Positions 28,463 to 38,620 of a stretch of DNA of 64,000 nucleotides are shown piece by piece. The DNA is from Theionarchaea archaeon. GTDB taxonomy: Archaea; Methanobacteriota_B; Thermococci; Methanofastidiosales; SZ-28-30. A model generated the notes under the pieces. That model was not told where the DNA came from, did no database searches, and worked only from the letters and a program-made list of their open reading frames with translations. The stretch lies in the NCBI GenBank assembly GCA_018992685.1, contig JACVGT010000018.1:32001-96000 (forward strand). The letters run 5' to 3'. How positions within the stretch are numbered: position 1 is the first letter of the stretch; each line of letters opens with the position of its first letter. Position numbers and translations under genes: made by a program.

Positions 28463-29548
28463 ATGAACGTTCGTTTTGTGTTGATGCTCACAGTATTTAT
28501 CATGACCGGGTGCTTGAATCAGTCTTCCAGTCCCCAGAGTGTGCCTGACCGAACGGCATCACTGCCTCAGGACAGGACCAAGATGACTCCTGAAATGGAT
28601 CTATATCCTCCGGTGGTTCATTCTGCGGAATGGGAAGATCCTGTACCCCTCCCCGGGTTTGTAAACACTCGAGGAGCTGAGGATTCTCCTTTTGTCCTGC
28701 CTGATGGGAACACGCTCTATTTCTTTTTCACGCCAGACGTAAGGAAATCTCCTCAAGAACAGCTCCTTGATGGAGTTACAGGCATTTATGTGGCAGCAAA
28801 GCAGGGTGCAACATGGGGCACTGCAGAGAGAGTTGCCCTTGAAGATCCAGCGGAGCTAGCTCTCGATGGATGTGTTTTTGTGAACCAGAATGTAATGTGG
28901 TTCTGTTCGGCACGTGAGGGGAATCTGAGAGAAATTGATATATATACTGCTGCGTTCAAAGACGGTACGTGGACATCCTGGGAGGGCGCCGGAGAAACAT
29001 TGAATCTGGAATATGAGGTTGGTGAACTCCACATATGTGAGGATGAGTTATACTTCCATTCTCTGCGGGCTGGCAGCAAAGGAGGGCTTGATATATGGGT
29101 CTGCAAAAGAGTGGATGGAGAATGGCAGCCTCCTGAAAATCTGGAGACTGTGAACACTCCTGAGAACGAAGGTTGGCCATACCTGACAGAAGATGGGAAG
29201 GAATTGTGGTTTACCCGGACATACCAAGGTTCTCCAGCCATTTTCAGATCAGAGAGAACAAATGGAGAATGGTCAGACCCCGAATTGATTATCTCTCAGT
29301 TTGCAGGTGAACCAACATTGGATAGAGCTGGAAACATCTACTTTGTCCATCATTTTGTAGACAAGAATGGAATCATTGAAGCAGATATTTACGTAGCGTA
29401 TCACAAGAGAAGTCACAAAGGAATATACGCCACAGATAGTCAGGATCGAGTCGATCTCACTCTTGGAAATGTGCTCGAATACTTCATGGATCGTTTGCTT
29501 CTCCATATCTTAGCCTATCAACAAGGTGAGAGTCCATGGATATTATGA
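28463..29548 (+). CDS. Lipoprotein with PD40/TolB-like beta-propeller repeats
   Basis: MTGC lipobox; repeats VNTRGAEDSPFVLPDGNTLYF and VNTPENEGWPYLTEDGKELWF; GGLDIW. Confidence 0.75.
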   Translation: MNVRFVLMLTVFIMTGCLNQSSSPQSVPDRTASLPQDRTKMTPEMDLYPPVVHSAEWEDPVPLPGFVNTRGAEDSPFVLPDGNTLYFFFTPDVRKSPQEQLLDGVTGIYVAAKQGATWGTAERVALEDPAELALDGCVFVNQNVMWFCSAREGNLREIDIYTAAFKDGTWTSWEGAGETLNLEYEVGELHICEDELYFHSLRAGSKGGLDIWVCKRVDGEWQPPENLETVNTPENEGWPYLTEDGKELWFTRTYQGSPAIFRSERTNGEWSDPELIISQFAGEPTLDRAGNIYFVHHFVDKNGIIEADIYVAYHKRSHKGIYATDSQDRVDLTLGNVLEYFMDRLLLHILAYQQGESPWIL

Positions 29549-30510
29549 TGAACACTTGGGATGATGTAGATATCCACGAACTCGCTCACTTTGCGTTTCG
29601 TATTCGACACGCTGAAGGACAGTTGAGCACTACCACTCTTGAGCAAATTGAACAACAAGTTCGCCACACATCGAAGACATATGCTTCTCGCGTTGTTACT
29701 GCACATTCAGAAGACATGTTGTTGGGATGGCTTTACCTGATTATTGAATACCCGAGACTGGTTCTCATGGGTGATTGGCACCCCATTGTTTTTCCGGGCG
29801 ACAAGGAGGGGGAAACTGCAGCCAGACTCATTGAGGAAAGTATTGAGTACACCAGGAGGGAAAAACGTGAACGATTGGAAGTCGCTCTTTCCGGAATAAC
29901 AGAGAAAAACAGCCACCTGTTCACCAAGCAGAAGGAATGGTACGAGTCACAGGGCATGGGGAAAGTGTCAGAGGAAATCTCCATGGAGTGTGTCCTCACC
30001 GGTAGCCTTGATGATGTGGAATTTCCTGAAGATGTTAACCTCAAATTACTCACAGAAATAGATAACGACAAGATTTACCCCTATTTCAATGAAACATTTC
30101 TCGCAAGCAGAAATATGCTGTGGCTCGATCAGACTGCTGAACAGCAACGAGTAACATTCGATTACTGGTTCAGCAGATCAAGACCGCTGAATGAGAAAGC
30201 ATCTATAATTCTCATGAGTGACCAACAAGTCATTGGATTCTCTGTGAGTCGACCTACTGCAGAGGGTGTCTACCTTGAGCCCTTCGGGATTCATCCGGAA
30301 TACCGGAAGAGAGGACTGGGGAGAGCACTTCTCTTGCATAGCATGAAAATCGTGGCGCAACAAGGATTGAAAACCATGTCTCTAGGGGTCGATATCGAAA
30401 ATAGACCAGCATGCCAGCTCTATCGGAGTGCAGGGTTCAAAGAATTACACCGGAACGTTGTATACTGCTGGAAAGACGTGCACATCCTCCGGCAAGGCAA
30501 TCATGAATAA
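29536..30510 (+). CDS. GNAT acetyltransferase
   Basis: GIHPEYRKRGLGRALL, LGVDIENRPACQLYRSAGF. Confidence 0.9.
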   Translation: MDIMMNTWDDVDIHELAHFAFRIRHAEGQLSTTTLEQIEQQVRHTSKTYASRVVTAHSEDMLLGWLYLIIEYPRLVLMGDWHPIVFPGDKEGETAARLIEESIEYTRREKRERLEVALSGITEKNSHLFTKQKEWYESQGMGKVSEEISMECVLTGSLDDVEFPEDVNLKLLTEIDNDKIYPYFNETFLASRNMLWLDQTAEQQRVTFDYWFSRSRPLNEKASIILMSDQQVIGFSVSRPTAEGVYLEPFGIHPEYRKRGLGRALLLHSMKIVAQQGLKTMSLGVDIENRPACQLYRSAGFKELHRNVVYCWKDVHILRQGNHE

Positions 30511-30572
30511 GACAAAGCTTCACATAAAGGCCTACCAACCCCCCAATGGTAGCGGTCTTATTAATCGAATTG

Positions 30573-30851
30573 TTATCTAGCGTCAGTAACCTTTATGATG
30601 TGATAGCCGAATTGCGTTTTCACAATATCTGAGAGTTCTCCCTTCTTTAACGAGAAGGCTGCTTTCTCAAATTCAGGTACCATTCTGCCCCTTCCAAACC
30701 AACCTAGGTCGCCACCTTTTTTCCTGGACGGGCACTCTGAATGCTGCTGTGCCAATTTGGAAAAACTGGCTCCCTTCTTCAACTCATCTAGAATTTTCTC
30801 AGCCTCACTCTTGGTCTTCACTAGGATATGACTTGCTTTCACTTCTTTCAT
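30573..30851 (-). CDS. Parvulin-type peptidyl-prolyl isomerase
   Basis: ASHILV, HSECPS...[23 protein letters not shown]. Confidence 0.95.
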   Translation of the reverse strand: MKEVKASHILVKTKSEAEKILDELKKGASFSKLAQQHSECPSRKKGGDLGWFGRGRMVPEFEKAAFSLKKGELSDIVKTQFGYHIIKVTDAR

Positions 30852-31141
30852 GAACCTACCACGGGTTACCGCATATAAAGGTTAGCTCAGTGCCAGTATT
30901 CAAGCTTCTCTTCTGGAAAACGCCTTTCACCTCATGAAAACCTGGCGATTATCCACCACTTTGTGAACATTCGCAGAACTGACATTCCTCTCAGAAGGAG
31001 CCACAATCCTGTATTGTCGCTATGCCATAGGTGTGACTGAAAATGTCCCAAGAGTAGCCAGTAAGCCCAGAACCTCTGTGATATGGTCTCTTCTACCCAC
31101 TTCAAATGCCTGATTATTTCTGCCGGAATTTCTCTTGAAAC

Positions 31142-31396
31142 CTAGAATGTCACCCGAAACAGGATGGCAAGCGAATTCTCTGCAAAAGGGAAATCCAGTC
31201 TTTTTCTGAAGTCAGCAAAAATCTCCCATTCCATAGTCTCAAGGAGGAAATCTATAGCATTAGTGTTGAGGCCATTGTCTCTCTGGACATGTAGCGTATC
31301 TCCAAGAAGAACTCCCTGAAAGTCTGGGTCCACGGAAGCATGACGCAGTGTCCGTTCTATAGCTGTATCCATTCTATCGAGCACGATCTTCACCAC
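31142..31396 (-). CDS. Hypothetical small protein (possibly a gene remnant)
   Basis: TATATAAG box upstream and GGTGA before an in-frame GTG. No motif recognised. Confidence 0.4.
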   Translation of the reverse strand: MVKIVLDRMDTAIERTLRHASVDPDFQGVLLGDTLHVQRDNGLNTNAIDFLLETMEWEIFADFRKRLDFPFAENSLAILFRVTF

Positions 31397-31589
31397 CCTT
31401 TACTACCATGTCGTTGCTTATATAGTTTTCCGTGATTCATACAGAAATTGTCCTTGGGTAAGAATAATTCCAGATACATGTGGTGTTATGTATGTCAGAT
31501 ATTCTAAGATTAAAAGGATGACTTCCAGCCTCATTTATGAGTTTTCATGACGCCAGAAATTGTGCAGTCCCGGGCTTGTCAGAATTGGC

Positions 31590-31763
31590 CTAGTAAGCTT
31601 CGCAGAATGTGATGATTGTCTGTTCACCGGGTATCCTTGCATCGATTCTGTCTCTGAACTCTGAAAAGTTGTCGGGTGTTAGACTGTGCAGAAGCTTGAT
31701 ACGCTTTTCATCAATGCAGATACTCTCCGCTTCCTCCTCTGACGATTCATACCTCTCGGTCAT
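31590..31763 (-). CDS. 57-aa acidic peptide, candidate RiPP precursor
   Basis: GAGGTGA-5nt-ATG 31763, with CAAAGTATTTAAG upstream. Sequence MTERYESSEEEAESICIDEKRIKLLHSLTPDNFSEFRDRIDARIPGEQTIITFCEAY. The precursor role is inference. Confidence 0.6.
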   Translation of the reverse strand: MTERYESSEEEAESICIDEKRIKLLHSLTPDNFSEFRDRIDARIPGEQTIITFCEAY

Positions 31764-32086
31764 ATCTTTCACCTCAGTACCTATATTGACGGGATGCCTT
31801 AAATACTTTGCTGTGAGTGAAAAAGAAAGAATTACCGAAAAAAATTTAGAAAATAAATCCGCCAGAAACAGCCAAGTCTCCCCAATTTCCCTTCTTTCAG
31901 GAGAATGAACCGTGGATATCTGCACAGGGAAAAAAGATTCGGCAGACCTCAAGATACTCTGTGCAGGTGCAGTGGTTGGTGCTTTGATTCTTGCCAAGAA
32001 ATTCCGCTCTGGAAAGACGTGATCCTCATATCATAGAATCCATCTCTACATCAATAAGATTATAACCTCTCACCCCTAGTCGCGCC

Positions 32087-32605
32087 ATGCCAATCACTGC
32101 AGAAATGGAGGAAATCATGTCCTACCTGTCTGGCAGAGATGATTATGCCCTCTTTGCTGGGTTTGCAGCCTTTCTGTATACGGGAATTGAACCGTCTTCC
32201 GATATTGACATTTTTGTAGATTTGCCGGAAAAAGTAGAAGAAATCATAGAAGATTTTCTTAAAAAGGGCTGGAAAAGGACTCAATATTGCAGCCAGCAGT
32301 TTGTTACAGGCACAGTGAAGAGTCATGATACCACGCTAGACCTTTGCTTCTCGCCCCCTGCCCACAATGTCCTGATTCCTGAAAGGATTACTACCCATTA
32401 TAAAGGAATTCCCCTGCTGGTCATAACTCCAGAAGCACTTTTACTCACTAAAATGAGCCAGCTCACAAGCCCATTGAGAACTGATGCAAAGACTGCCAGA
32501 GACAGGCAGGTCATTCAGATGTTGCGGAAGAAGGTCGATGTATCCGCCCTCAGAGAACTGGTGGGGAATCTGGAAGACTCCTTCTGGACCCAGGGGTGGT
32601 ACTAG
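32087..32605 (+). CDS. Nucleotidyltransferase-fold protein
   Basis: FAGFAA...SDIDIFV, PEALLLTK, RDRQ. Confidence 0.7.
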   Translation: MPITAEMEEIMSYLSGRDDYALFAGFAAFLYTGIEPSSDIDIFVDLPEKVEEIIEDFLKKGWKRTQYCSQQFVTGTVKSHDTTLDLCFSPPAHNVLIPERITTHYKGIPLLVITPEALLLTKMSQLTSPLRTDAKTARDRQVIQMLRKKVDVSALRELVGNLEDSFWTQGWY

Positions 32606-32725
32606 CTATGTGAGGTTTACTACCATCTGGCGGTTGATCTCATCTCCCTCACTACAAGCACAGAAAACTGTAACCGTCCCGACTTGTCCCAAGTACATTT
32701 ATAAACAAGTTGTCAGTCTAGAATT

Positions 32726-34108
32726 ATGGCGCGAGTCCCCGAGGATCAGATTCTAAAAGGCCCCATAGTTAAGACCTTGCTACTACTGGGCTGGCCAGTG
32801 ATGATATCCAACCTCCTGCACAGCATGTACAACATTGTGGATACCTTCTGGCTAGGAAAGCTGGGAGGAATTGAATCCACCAGTGCAGTGGCTGCCCTCC
32901 AGGTTTCCTGGCCCATTATCTTTCTCATGATTGCTATTGCTTTTGGATTTGGATCCGCAGGAGTAGCACTGGTATCTCAGTATACAGGAGCTCGAAAGCC
33001 GGAAGAGGCTAACAGATCTGCAGGTCAGGTCTTGTCCATGTCATTTGTGTTCGGGGTCACGATAGCAATTTTTGGATTTACCTTCTCTCACAATATTGTA
33101 GAATTCCTGGGAATTAAGGACGCCATTGCAGAAGCAGCTGTGACTTACCTGAGAATAATTTTCTTGGGAATTCCCTTCATGTTTACCTCCATGATCTTTG
33201 GGTTTCTCATGAGAGCGTACGGCGATATGATAACCCCCATGAAATTAGAAGCAGCCACTGTTTGCATCAATATGGTGCTGGACCCTGTGCTTATCTTCGG
33301 ACTGGCAGGCTTTCCTCAAATGGGAATAATGGGTGCAGCCATTGCCACCATATTCTCAAGGTCAGTCTCCTCGGCATTTGCTGTGTACATACTTTTCTCC
33401 GGAAGGGCTGGTATCAAGCTGGAATTCCCTTATTTGAAGCCTGTACAATGGAGAGTATCTCAGATTTTCGCCATCGGTGTTCCTGCTTCTGTGGGAAATT
33501 CTGGGACTGCTTTGGGATTCGTCGTGCTCATGGCCATCATAGCCCGCCTCCCTGACCAGGGCTCAGTACTGGCTGGATATGGTATTGCCAACAGGCTGAC
33601 AAACCTGATGTTCATTGCCATTGAAGGTCTGGGAGTAGGTGTAGCCACCATACTGGGTCAGAGTCTCGGGGCCAACAATGTGAACAGAGCAGAGGAAGTG
33701 GCCAAGAAGGGCATGATCCTCATGTTCCTGATACTGGTGGGCGCTTCCGCCTTCTTGTATCTTGGGAGAGAATTCTTAATCCAGATTTTCATAGATAATG
33801 ACGCAGTTATTGCGGAGGGATCGAATTTTATCAGAGTATTTGTGTTTGGAATGGCCTTCTTTGGCATTTTCAGGGCAGTCAACTCTTCTTTTATGGGCTC
33901 AGGACATAATATGCCCACCATGATCCTGGATCTGGTGAGACTGTGGGGACTGCGGATACCTCTGGCACTTGTATTTGGGTTTACCCTGGGCTGGGGGACA
34001 AGTGGAGTCTGGTTCGGTATGGCGTTGAGCAATGTCTTGGGAGCAGTACTAGCTCTCGGGCTATTTAAGACAGGAATCTGGAAAAAAAGAGTAATCAAAA
34101 CTGCCTGA
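32726..34108 (+). CDS. MATE family efflux transporter
   Basis: YNIVDTFWLG, SQYTGA, NMVLDPVLIFG...MGIMGAAIAT; about 12 TM segments. Confidence 0.95.
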   Translation: MARVPEDQILKGPIVKTLLLLGWPVMISNLLHSMYNIVDTFWLGKLGGIESTSAVAALQVSWPIIFLMIAIAFGFGSAGVALVSQYTGARKPEEANRSAGQVLSMSFVFGVTIAIFGFTFSHNIVEFLGIKDAIAEAAVTYLRIIFLGIPFMFTSMIFGFLMRAYGDMITPMKLEAATVCINMVLDPVLIFGLAGFPQMGIMGAAIATIFSRSVSSAFAVYILFSGRAGIKLEFPYLKPVQWRVSQIFAIGVPASVGNSGTALGFVVLMAIIARLPDQGSVLAGYGIANRLTNLMFIAIEGLGVGVATILGQSLGANNVNRAEEVAKKGMILMFLILVGASAFLYLGREFLIQIFIDNDAVIAEGSNFIRVFVFGMAFFGIFRAVNSSFMGSGHNMPTMILDLVRLWGLRIPLALVFGFTLGWGTSGVWFGMALSNVLGAVLALGLFKTGIWKKRVIKTA

Positions 34109-34120
34109 CGTCCTTGAGAA

Positions 34121-35068
34121 TTATCCGACAATGGAAAAGTGAGCCAGCAGGGATTCCAGTTGTATCTTTTCGTTCGATCCTTCTACCAATCTGAAATCGT
34201 GCTCTCCCAGCCTGTCAACGAGCTCAACTTTTTTCTCGTCAGGGATATTCAGGTTGAAAATCTCCCTGTGCATCTGGCGTAGAATGTCCTCCCCTGATAA
34301 TCCATGATTGATCAGGAGATCATTTAATTGTTTTCGAGCTGCCAGAAAGTCGCCACTCAGTGCATTCTGCATCATCACTCGGATATCTTCAGGAGTCGCC
34401 CTGGCCGATACCTGGTATATGACATCTCCTGAGATGTTCTTGAAGGCACTGGCTGCCTGCAGCAGGTTTTCAGACTTACGCATATCTCCTTCCGCCACAT
34501 AGAGGAGAGCGTTCATGCCATCTTCTGTCATGGTCAGCCCTTCATTCTCCGAAATCAAGGTTATTTTTGACCTGATTGCATCATCTGGTAAAGGGCCAAA
34601 TCTGAACACAGCACACCTGGACTGGATGGGTTCGATTATCCGGGAAGAGTAGTTGCAAGACAAGATGAATCGGCACGTTGACGTGTAGATTTCCATGGTG
34701 CGCCTCAGAGCATTTTGAGCATCTGAGGTTAAAGCATCAGACTCATCCAGAAATATGACCTTAAAATCACCACCAATAGGTCTCGTTCTGGCAAAATCTT
34801 TGATTTTCTGACGGACGACATTGATACCACGTTCATCTGATGCATTTGTCTCCTGGAAATTCTGTCTCCAGGTTTCACCAAAGAACTCACGGGCCAGACA
34901 GATGGCACAGGTGGTTTTCCCCACTCCTGCAGGTCCTGCAAACAGAAGATGGGGCATGCTCTCGTGCTCCACATAGTATTTTAGTCGTTTCACAATACTA
35001 TCCCGACCCACAACCTCATTCAGCGTTCGAGGTCTGTATTTTTCAGTCCAGGGTTTCTCGAAAACCAC
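34121..35068 (-). CDS. rfcS: Replication factor C small subunit
   Basis: PWTEKYRP, GPAGVGKTT, NASDERG, LDESD, IQSRC. No intein. Confidence 0.97.
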   Translation of the reverse strand: MVFEKPWTEKYRPRTLNEVVGRDSIVKRLKYYVEHESMPHLLFAGPAGVGKTTCAICLAREFFGETWRQNFQETNASDERGINVVRQKIKDFARTRPIGGDFKVIFLDESDALTSDAQNALRRTMEIYTSTCRFILSCNYSSRIIEPIQSRCAVFRFGPLPDDAIRSKITLISENEGLTMTEDGMNALLYVAEGDMRKSENLLQAASAFKNISGDVIYQVSARATPEDIRVMMQNALSGDFLAARKQLNDLLINHGLSGEDILRQMHREIFNLNIPDEKKVELVDRLGEHDFRLVEGSNEKIQLESLLAHFSIVG

Positions 35069-35318
35069 AGTATCACCTGCTACGTGGCTTGAGGTTCTGA
35101 AATTTATAAAGGTTTGGTGACCTCACCCAGAGAATACCGAGTTCCAGCATATCCTTGAACATACACACACCCGAAGATTCTCACATGGGCTTCCCCTATT
35201 CTTTTCTTCTATAGAGATCCAATCTCATTTTTCTCTTAAAACGAGATAATTATCTAAGTTTTTTGCCCGTTGTCTTCTGCGTCAAAACGTTTATATGGTC
35301 AATCCACTGTTTATTCAC

Positions 35319-35945
35319 ATGAAAGATCTCGAGCACAAGTACATTCGCTGGTCTGACAACTGTGTATGGCAGTCTTTTGGTGAGACACTAGCTGTTTTAC
35401 ATACCCTCATGCCTGATGCAGGACTCATTCCTGCAGAGAATGTCACTCCTAGAATCCAGCTGAATGACGTGGGGAAGGACGTCTGGGAGTTGTGCGACGG
35501 CACCAGAACATTCAAAACTATCTTTGAACAGCTGTTGGAAGAATATGAAGGCGATCCAGAGAAAATCGAAGAGAATTTGAGAAAAACGGCCATAGAATTA
35601 GAGAAAAAAGGGTTCTTATCCTTCGAAGATACTCCCAAGGAGTATGAATACACTGACATCAACCCAGAGATGTATCCCTACTGGGACGACAATGTGCTCT
35701 GGAACGAGGTGGAGAATCAGGTACTTGCCATGAACAATCAAACCGGAGTGTCTTTTGAGTTCCCTGAAGATCTAGGAAAACTCTGGAAACTCTGTGATGG
35801 CAAGAGCACACTCAGGGAAATTCTTGTCATCCTTGAAAGGGAAGGAGGGGTAGACAAGCCACACCCGAAAAATATGGTACATCTGCTCCTGAAACAGTTG
35901 ATCAAGCTCAACATGATTGTCATGAGGGACTCCCCTGTCCCCTGA
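35319..35945 (+). CDS. Tandem PqqD/RRE domain protein
   Basis: Two internal repeats, LNDVGKDVWELCDGTRT..L.EEY and LGKLWKLCDGKST. Start ATG 35319 is about 25 nt after TTTATA. Confidence 0.85.
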   Translation: MKDLEHKYIRWSDNCVWQSFGETLAVLHTLMPDAGLIPAENVTPRIQLNDVGKDVWELCDGTRTFKTIFEQLLEEYEGDPEKIEENLRKTAIELEKKGFLSFEDTPKEYEYTDINPEMYPYWDDNVLWNEVENQVLAMNNQTGVSFEFPEDLGKLWKLCDGKSTLREILVILEREGGVDKPHPKNMVHLLLKQLIKLNMIVMRDSPVP

Positions 35946-35954
35946 GGGATTCTC

Positions 35955-37316
35955 ATGCATCCTCTCAAGAGAAGAATTGTCGTCCAGCTCAAAGAAGATG
36001 AATACCTCCTCATTAACCCCTACTCTGGGCTAACTGATATTGTTGATGCAGAAGCATTGCGCGCTCTGGAGAACGGACATCCAGATCTCCAGAATGGTGT
36101 TATCCGGGCTCTCAGAAGAAGAGGTCACCTCAAGGAGGAAGATGACGAAGAGTATCTCTTTTCTTTCCTGGAAGCACAGGCAACCCGTGTACATAAGGCT
36201 GCTCGTTCCACTTACCTCCACGTTATTGTACCCACCTATCAGTGCAATCTGCGGTGCCCCTACTGTTTTGAGAAACATGTTTACAGAAAGGAGTTGAAGC
36301 AGAGGGCAATCATGGACGAAAAATCGGTGGATCTTCTCTTTGAGTCTGTGATGTCCCTGGATACAGAATCAAAAGAGAAGTGCATCGTACTCTATGGGGG
36401 GGAGCCCCTCCAGGTTCAGAACAAAGATATCATCCAGTACATACTGGAAAAGGGAGAGGACCTGGACTATTCGTTCAAGGTGGTTACCAACGGTGCTGAT
36501 CTGTATCATTTTGTTCCTGCACTCTCTGAGACAACTGTTCTCAAGATTCAGGTAACCCTTGACGGTCCCCAACCCGTGCATGATAGGAGAAGATTCCGAC
36601 CCGGAGGAAAAGGAACGTTCCATGATATCGTGAGAGGCGTGGATGCATGTGTGGAGCATGAACTGCCCATAGGAATACGAATCAATGTAGACAGAGAAAA
36701 TATTGATTACATGCCCGAGTTTGGGGAATTCTATAAACAAAAGGGGTGGTATCCCCAGGTATATGCCTTCCTGACCAATGTGCATGGCTCTGAGTGCGTT
36801 TCATACGTTCCATTAATCTCTCCAGAAGAATTCGTAGAGAAGATTGTACACCTCTTTGCAGAAGATGACCGGATGAGGCCTTTCTTACAAACATTCCGAT
36901 ACCCCAATGTTCTGCTGGAGCACCTCTTTGCGGGGAAGGAATTCAAGCCGCGGTTCTGGAGCTGTGGTGCCCACACCTCCATTTTGATATATGACCCTGT
37001 GGGAGATATCTATCCCTGCTACGAGGCTGTGGGTGATGAACGTCACAAGATTGGTGAGTACTTGCCCCAATTGCGGTTCAATGATGAATATGAATACTGG
37101 AGAAACAGAACAGTATTTGCAATCCCTGAGTGCAGAGAATGCAATTACAGCCTTCTCTGTGGTGGAGGATGTGCCTATGGGGCTTACAAGCAGCATGGAT
37201 CGATATACAGCCCGTACTGTGACAAGACCAAGTATTCATTGAAGTATGAAATACCTTATTTAATGAGACTGAGTGGGGAAGAAGTCTCTCTGTCTGAAGA
37301 GAGAGACTGGTACTAG
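35955..37316 (+). CDS. Radical SAM-SPASM protein
   Basis: CNLRCPYC, YGGEP, TNG, TLDG; SPASM CGA..GDIYPC..CRECNYSLLCGGGC..C. Confidence 0.93.
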   Translation: MHPLKRRIVVQLKEDEYLLINPYSGLTDIVDAEALRALENGHPDLQNGVIRALRRRGHLKEEDDEEYLFSFLEAQATRVHKAARSTYLHVIVPTYQCNLRCPYCFEKHVYRKELKQRAIMDEKSVDLLFESVMSLDTESKEKCIVLYGGEPLQVQNKDIIQYILEKGEDLDYSFKVVTNGADLYHFVPALSETTVLKIQVTLDGPQPVHDRRRFRPGGKGTFHDIVRGVDACVEHELPIGIRINVDRENIDYMPEFGEFYKQKGWYPQVYAFLTNVHGSECVSYVPLISPEEFVEKIVHLFAEDDRMRPFLQTFRYPNVLLEHLFAGKEFKPRFWSCGAHTSILIYDPVGDIYPCYEAVGDERHKIGEYLPQLRFNDEYEYWRNRTVFAIPECRECNYSLLCGGGCAYGAYKQHGSIYSPYCDKTKYSLKYEIPYLMRLSGEEVSLSEERDWY

Positions 37317-37324
37317 GTGATGCC

Positions 37325-38620
37325 ATGAAGAGAACCCCTGTAATCCACGTGGGTGAGGATGAATTCCTCCTGTATAACCCTGTTTCAAAAGTGGTGGACG
37401 TGGTTGACTCTGACGTTGTCACTGCATTGGAGAGTGGAACCCTGCCGCCTGACATGAGAGAATATTTGGAAAGACATGGGCACCTCACCATGAGTGATGA
37501 TGAGGCAGAAGCCTGGTTAAAGGAGGAATGTTACAGGTCACATGCCACCCTTGCTGATTCTCCTGCTTACTACATAATTCCTACCTATAATTGCAACATG
37601 CGCTGTATCTATTGTTACGAGAAGGATTTGAGAAGAGAACCAAAAATCATGAGCAGTCGGACTGTAGAACAAGTTTTCAGTCTTGTGGAAAGCCGTCTAG
37701 TAGATACCATCATTCTCTACGGGGGAGAACCCTTCCAGAAGGGAACAAAACCCGTAATAGAACAGATTGCTAGACTCTCAAGAGAGACGGGGTGCCGCCT
37801 TTCTGCATGTACAAACGGCCTTGAATTGCTGGACTCCGAACCTCTTTTTGACTATTTCTCTGAAATCATCGTAACGTTGGACGGAGTGGAACCAGTCCAG
37901 AACTTCAGGAGACCTTCTGTAGGAGGACCCTCTTTTTCAACGGTGATCCGCAGCATTGAGAGAGTCATTGAAACAGGCACTCCTGTAACCATCTCAGTGA
38001 ACGCGGATGCTCAGAACGTGGAGTCACTACCTGAACTTGCAGATTTTTTCATTGAAAAAGGATGGCACACTCATCCTTCAGTTCACATTGCTGTGTCCCA
38101 CATATTGCAGCCGCTCGATAGGACCTATCCTTACATGCTGGAGCCCAAAGATGCTGCACAGAAAATGGTGGAACTCCACCAGAACTATCCTTCTATGGAA
38201 CTGTTCCAGGAATCATTCAAGGGGTTAAACCCGCTGGTTAACGTATTTTTCAAGGGAGAAGAGTGGAGGCCGCGCTACTGGTACTGTCGTGCAAACTGCT
38301 ACATGCTCCTTTTTGATCCGTATAACTATCTCTATCCCTGTTACATGGTAGTAGGGAGGCCTTCTTTTGCAGTGGGAAGATTCTCTGATACAATTGAGGA
38401 GTCTCCCAGCATGGCTGCGTGGAGAGAACGCACCTGTTTCACCATACCTCAGTGCAGGGAGTGCGCACTGGGCTGTTTCTGTGGTGGGGGATGTGCGTAT
38501 CGTCAGTATCGGAGAAGTGGTTCTTTTTCTGACCCGTATTGTGACACAGTGGAAGCCTTGATCACATATTATGTGCCATTTCTGTATGAAAAGGTGAAAG
38601 AAAGAGGTGATAGGCTGTGA
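37325..38620 (+). CDS. Radical SAM-SPASM protein (paralog of the previous gene)
   Basis: CNMRCIYC, YGGEP, TNG, TLDG; CRA..LYPC..CRECALGCFCGGGC..C. Confidence 0.93.
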   Translation: MKRTPVIHVGEDEFLLYNPVSKVVDVVDSDVVTALESGTLPPDMREYLERHGHLTMSDDEAEAWLKEECYRSHATLADSPAYYIIPTYNCNMRCIYCYEKDLRREPKIMSSRTVEQVFSLVESRLVDTIILYGGEPFQKGTKPVIEQIARLSRETGCRLSACTNGLELLDSEPLFDYFSEIIVTLDGVEPVQNFRRPSVGGPSFSTVIRSIERVIETGTPVTISVNADAQNVESLPELADFFIEKGWHTHPSVHIAVSHILQPLDRTYPYMLEPKDAAQKMVELHQNYPSMELFQESFKGLNPLVNVFFKGEEWRPRYWYCRANCYMLLFDPYNYLYPCYMVVGRPSFAVGRFSDTIEESPSMAAWRERTCFTIPQCRECALGCFCGGGCAYRQYRRSGSFSDPYCDTVEALITYYVPFLYEKVKERGDRL

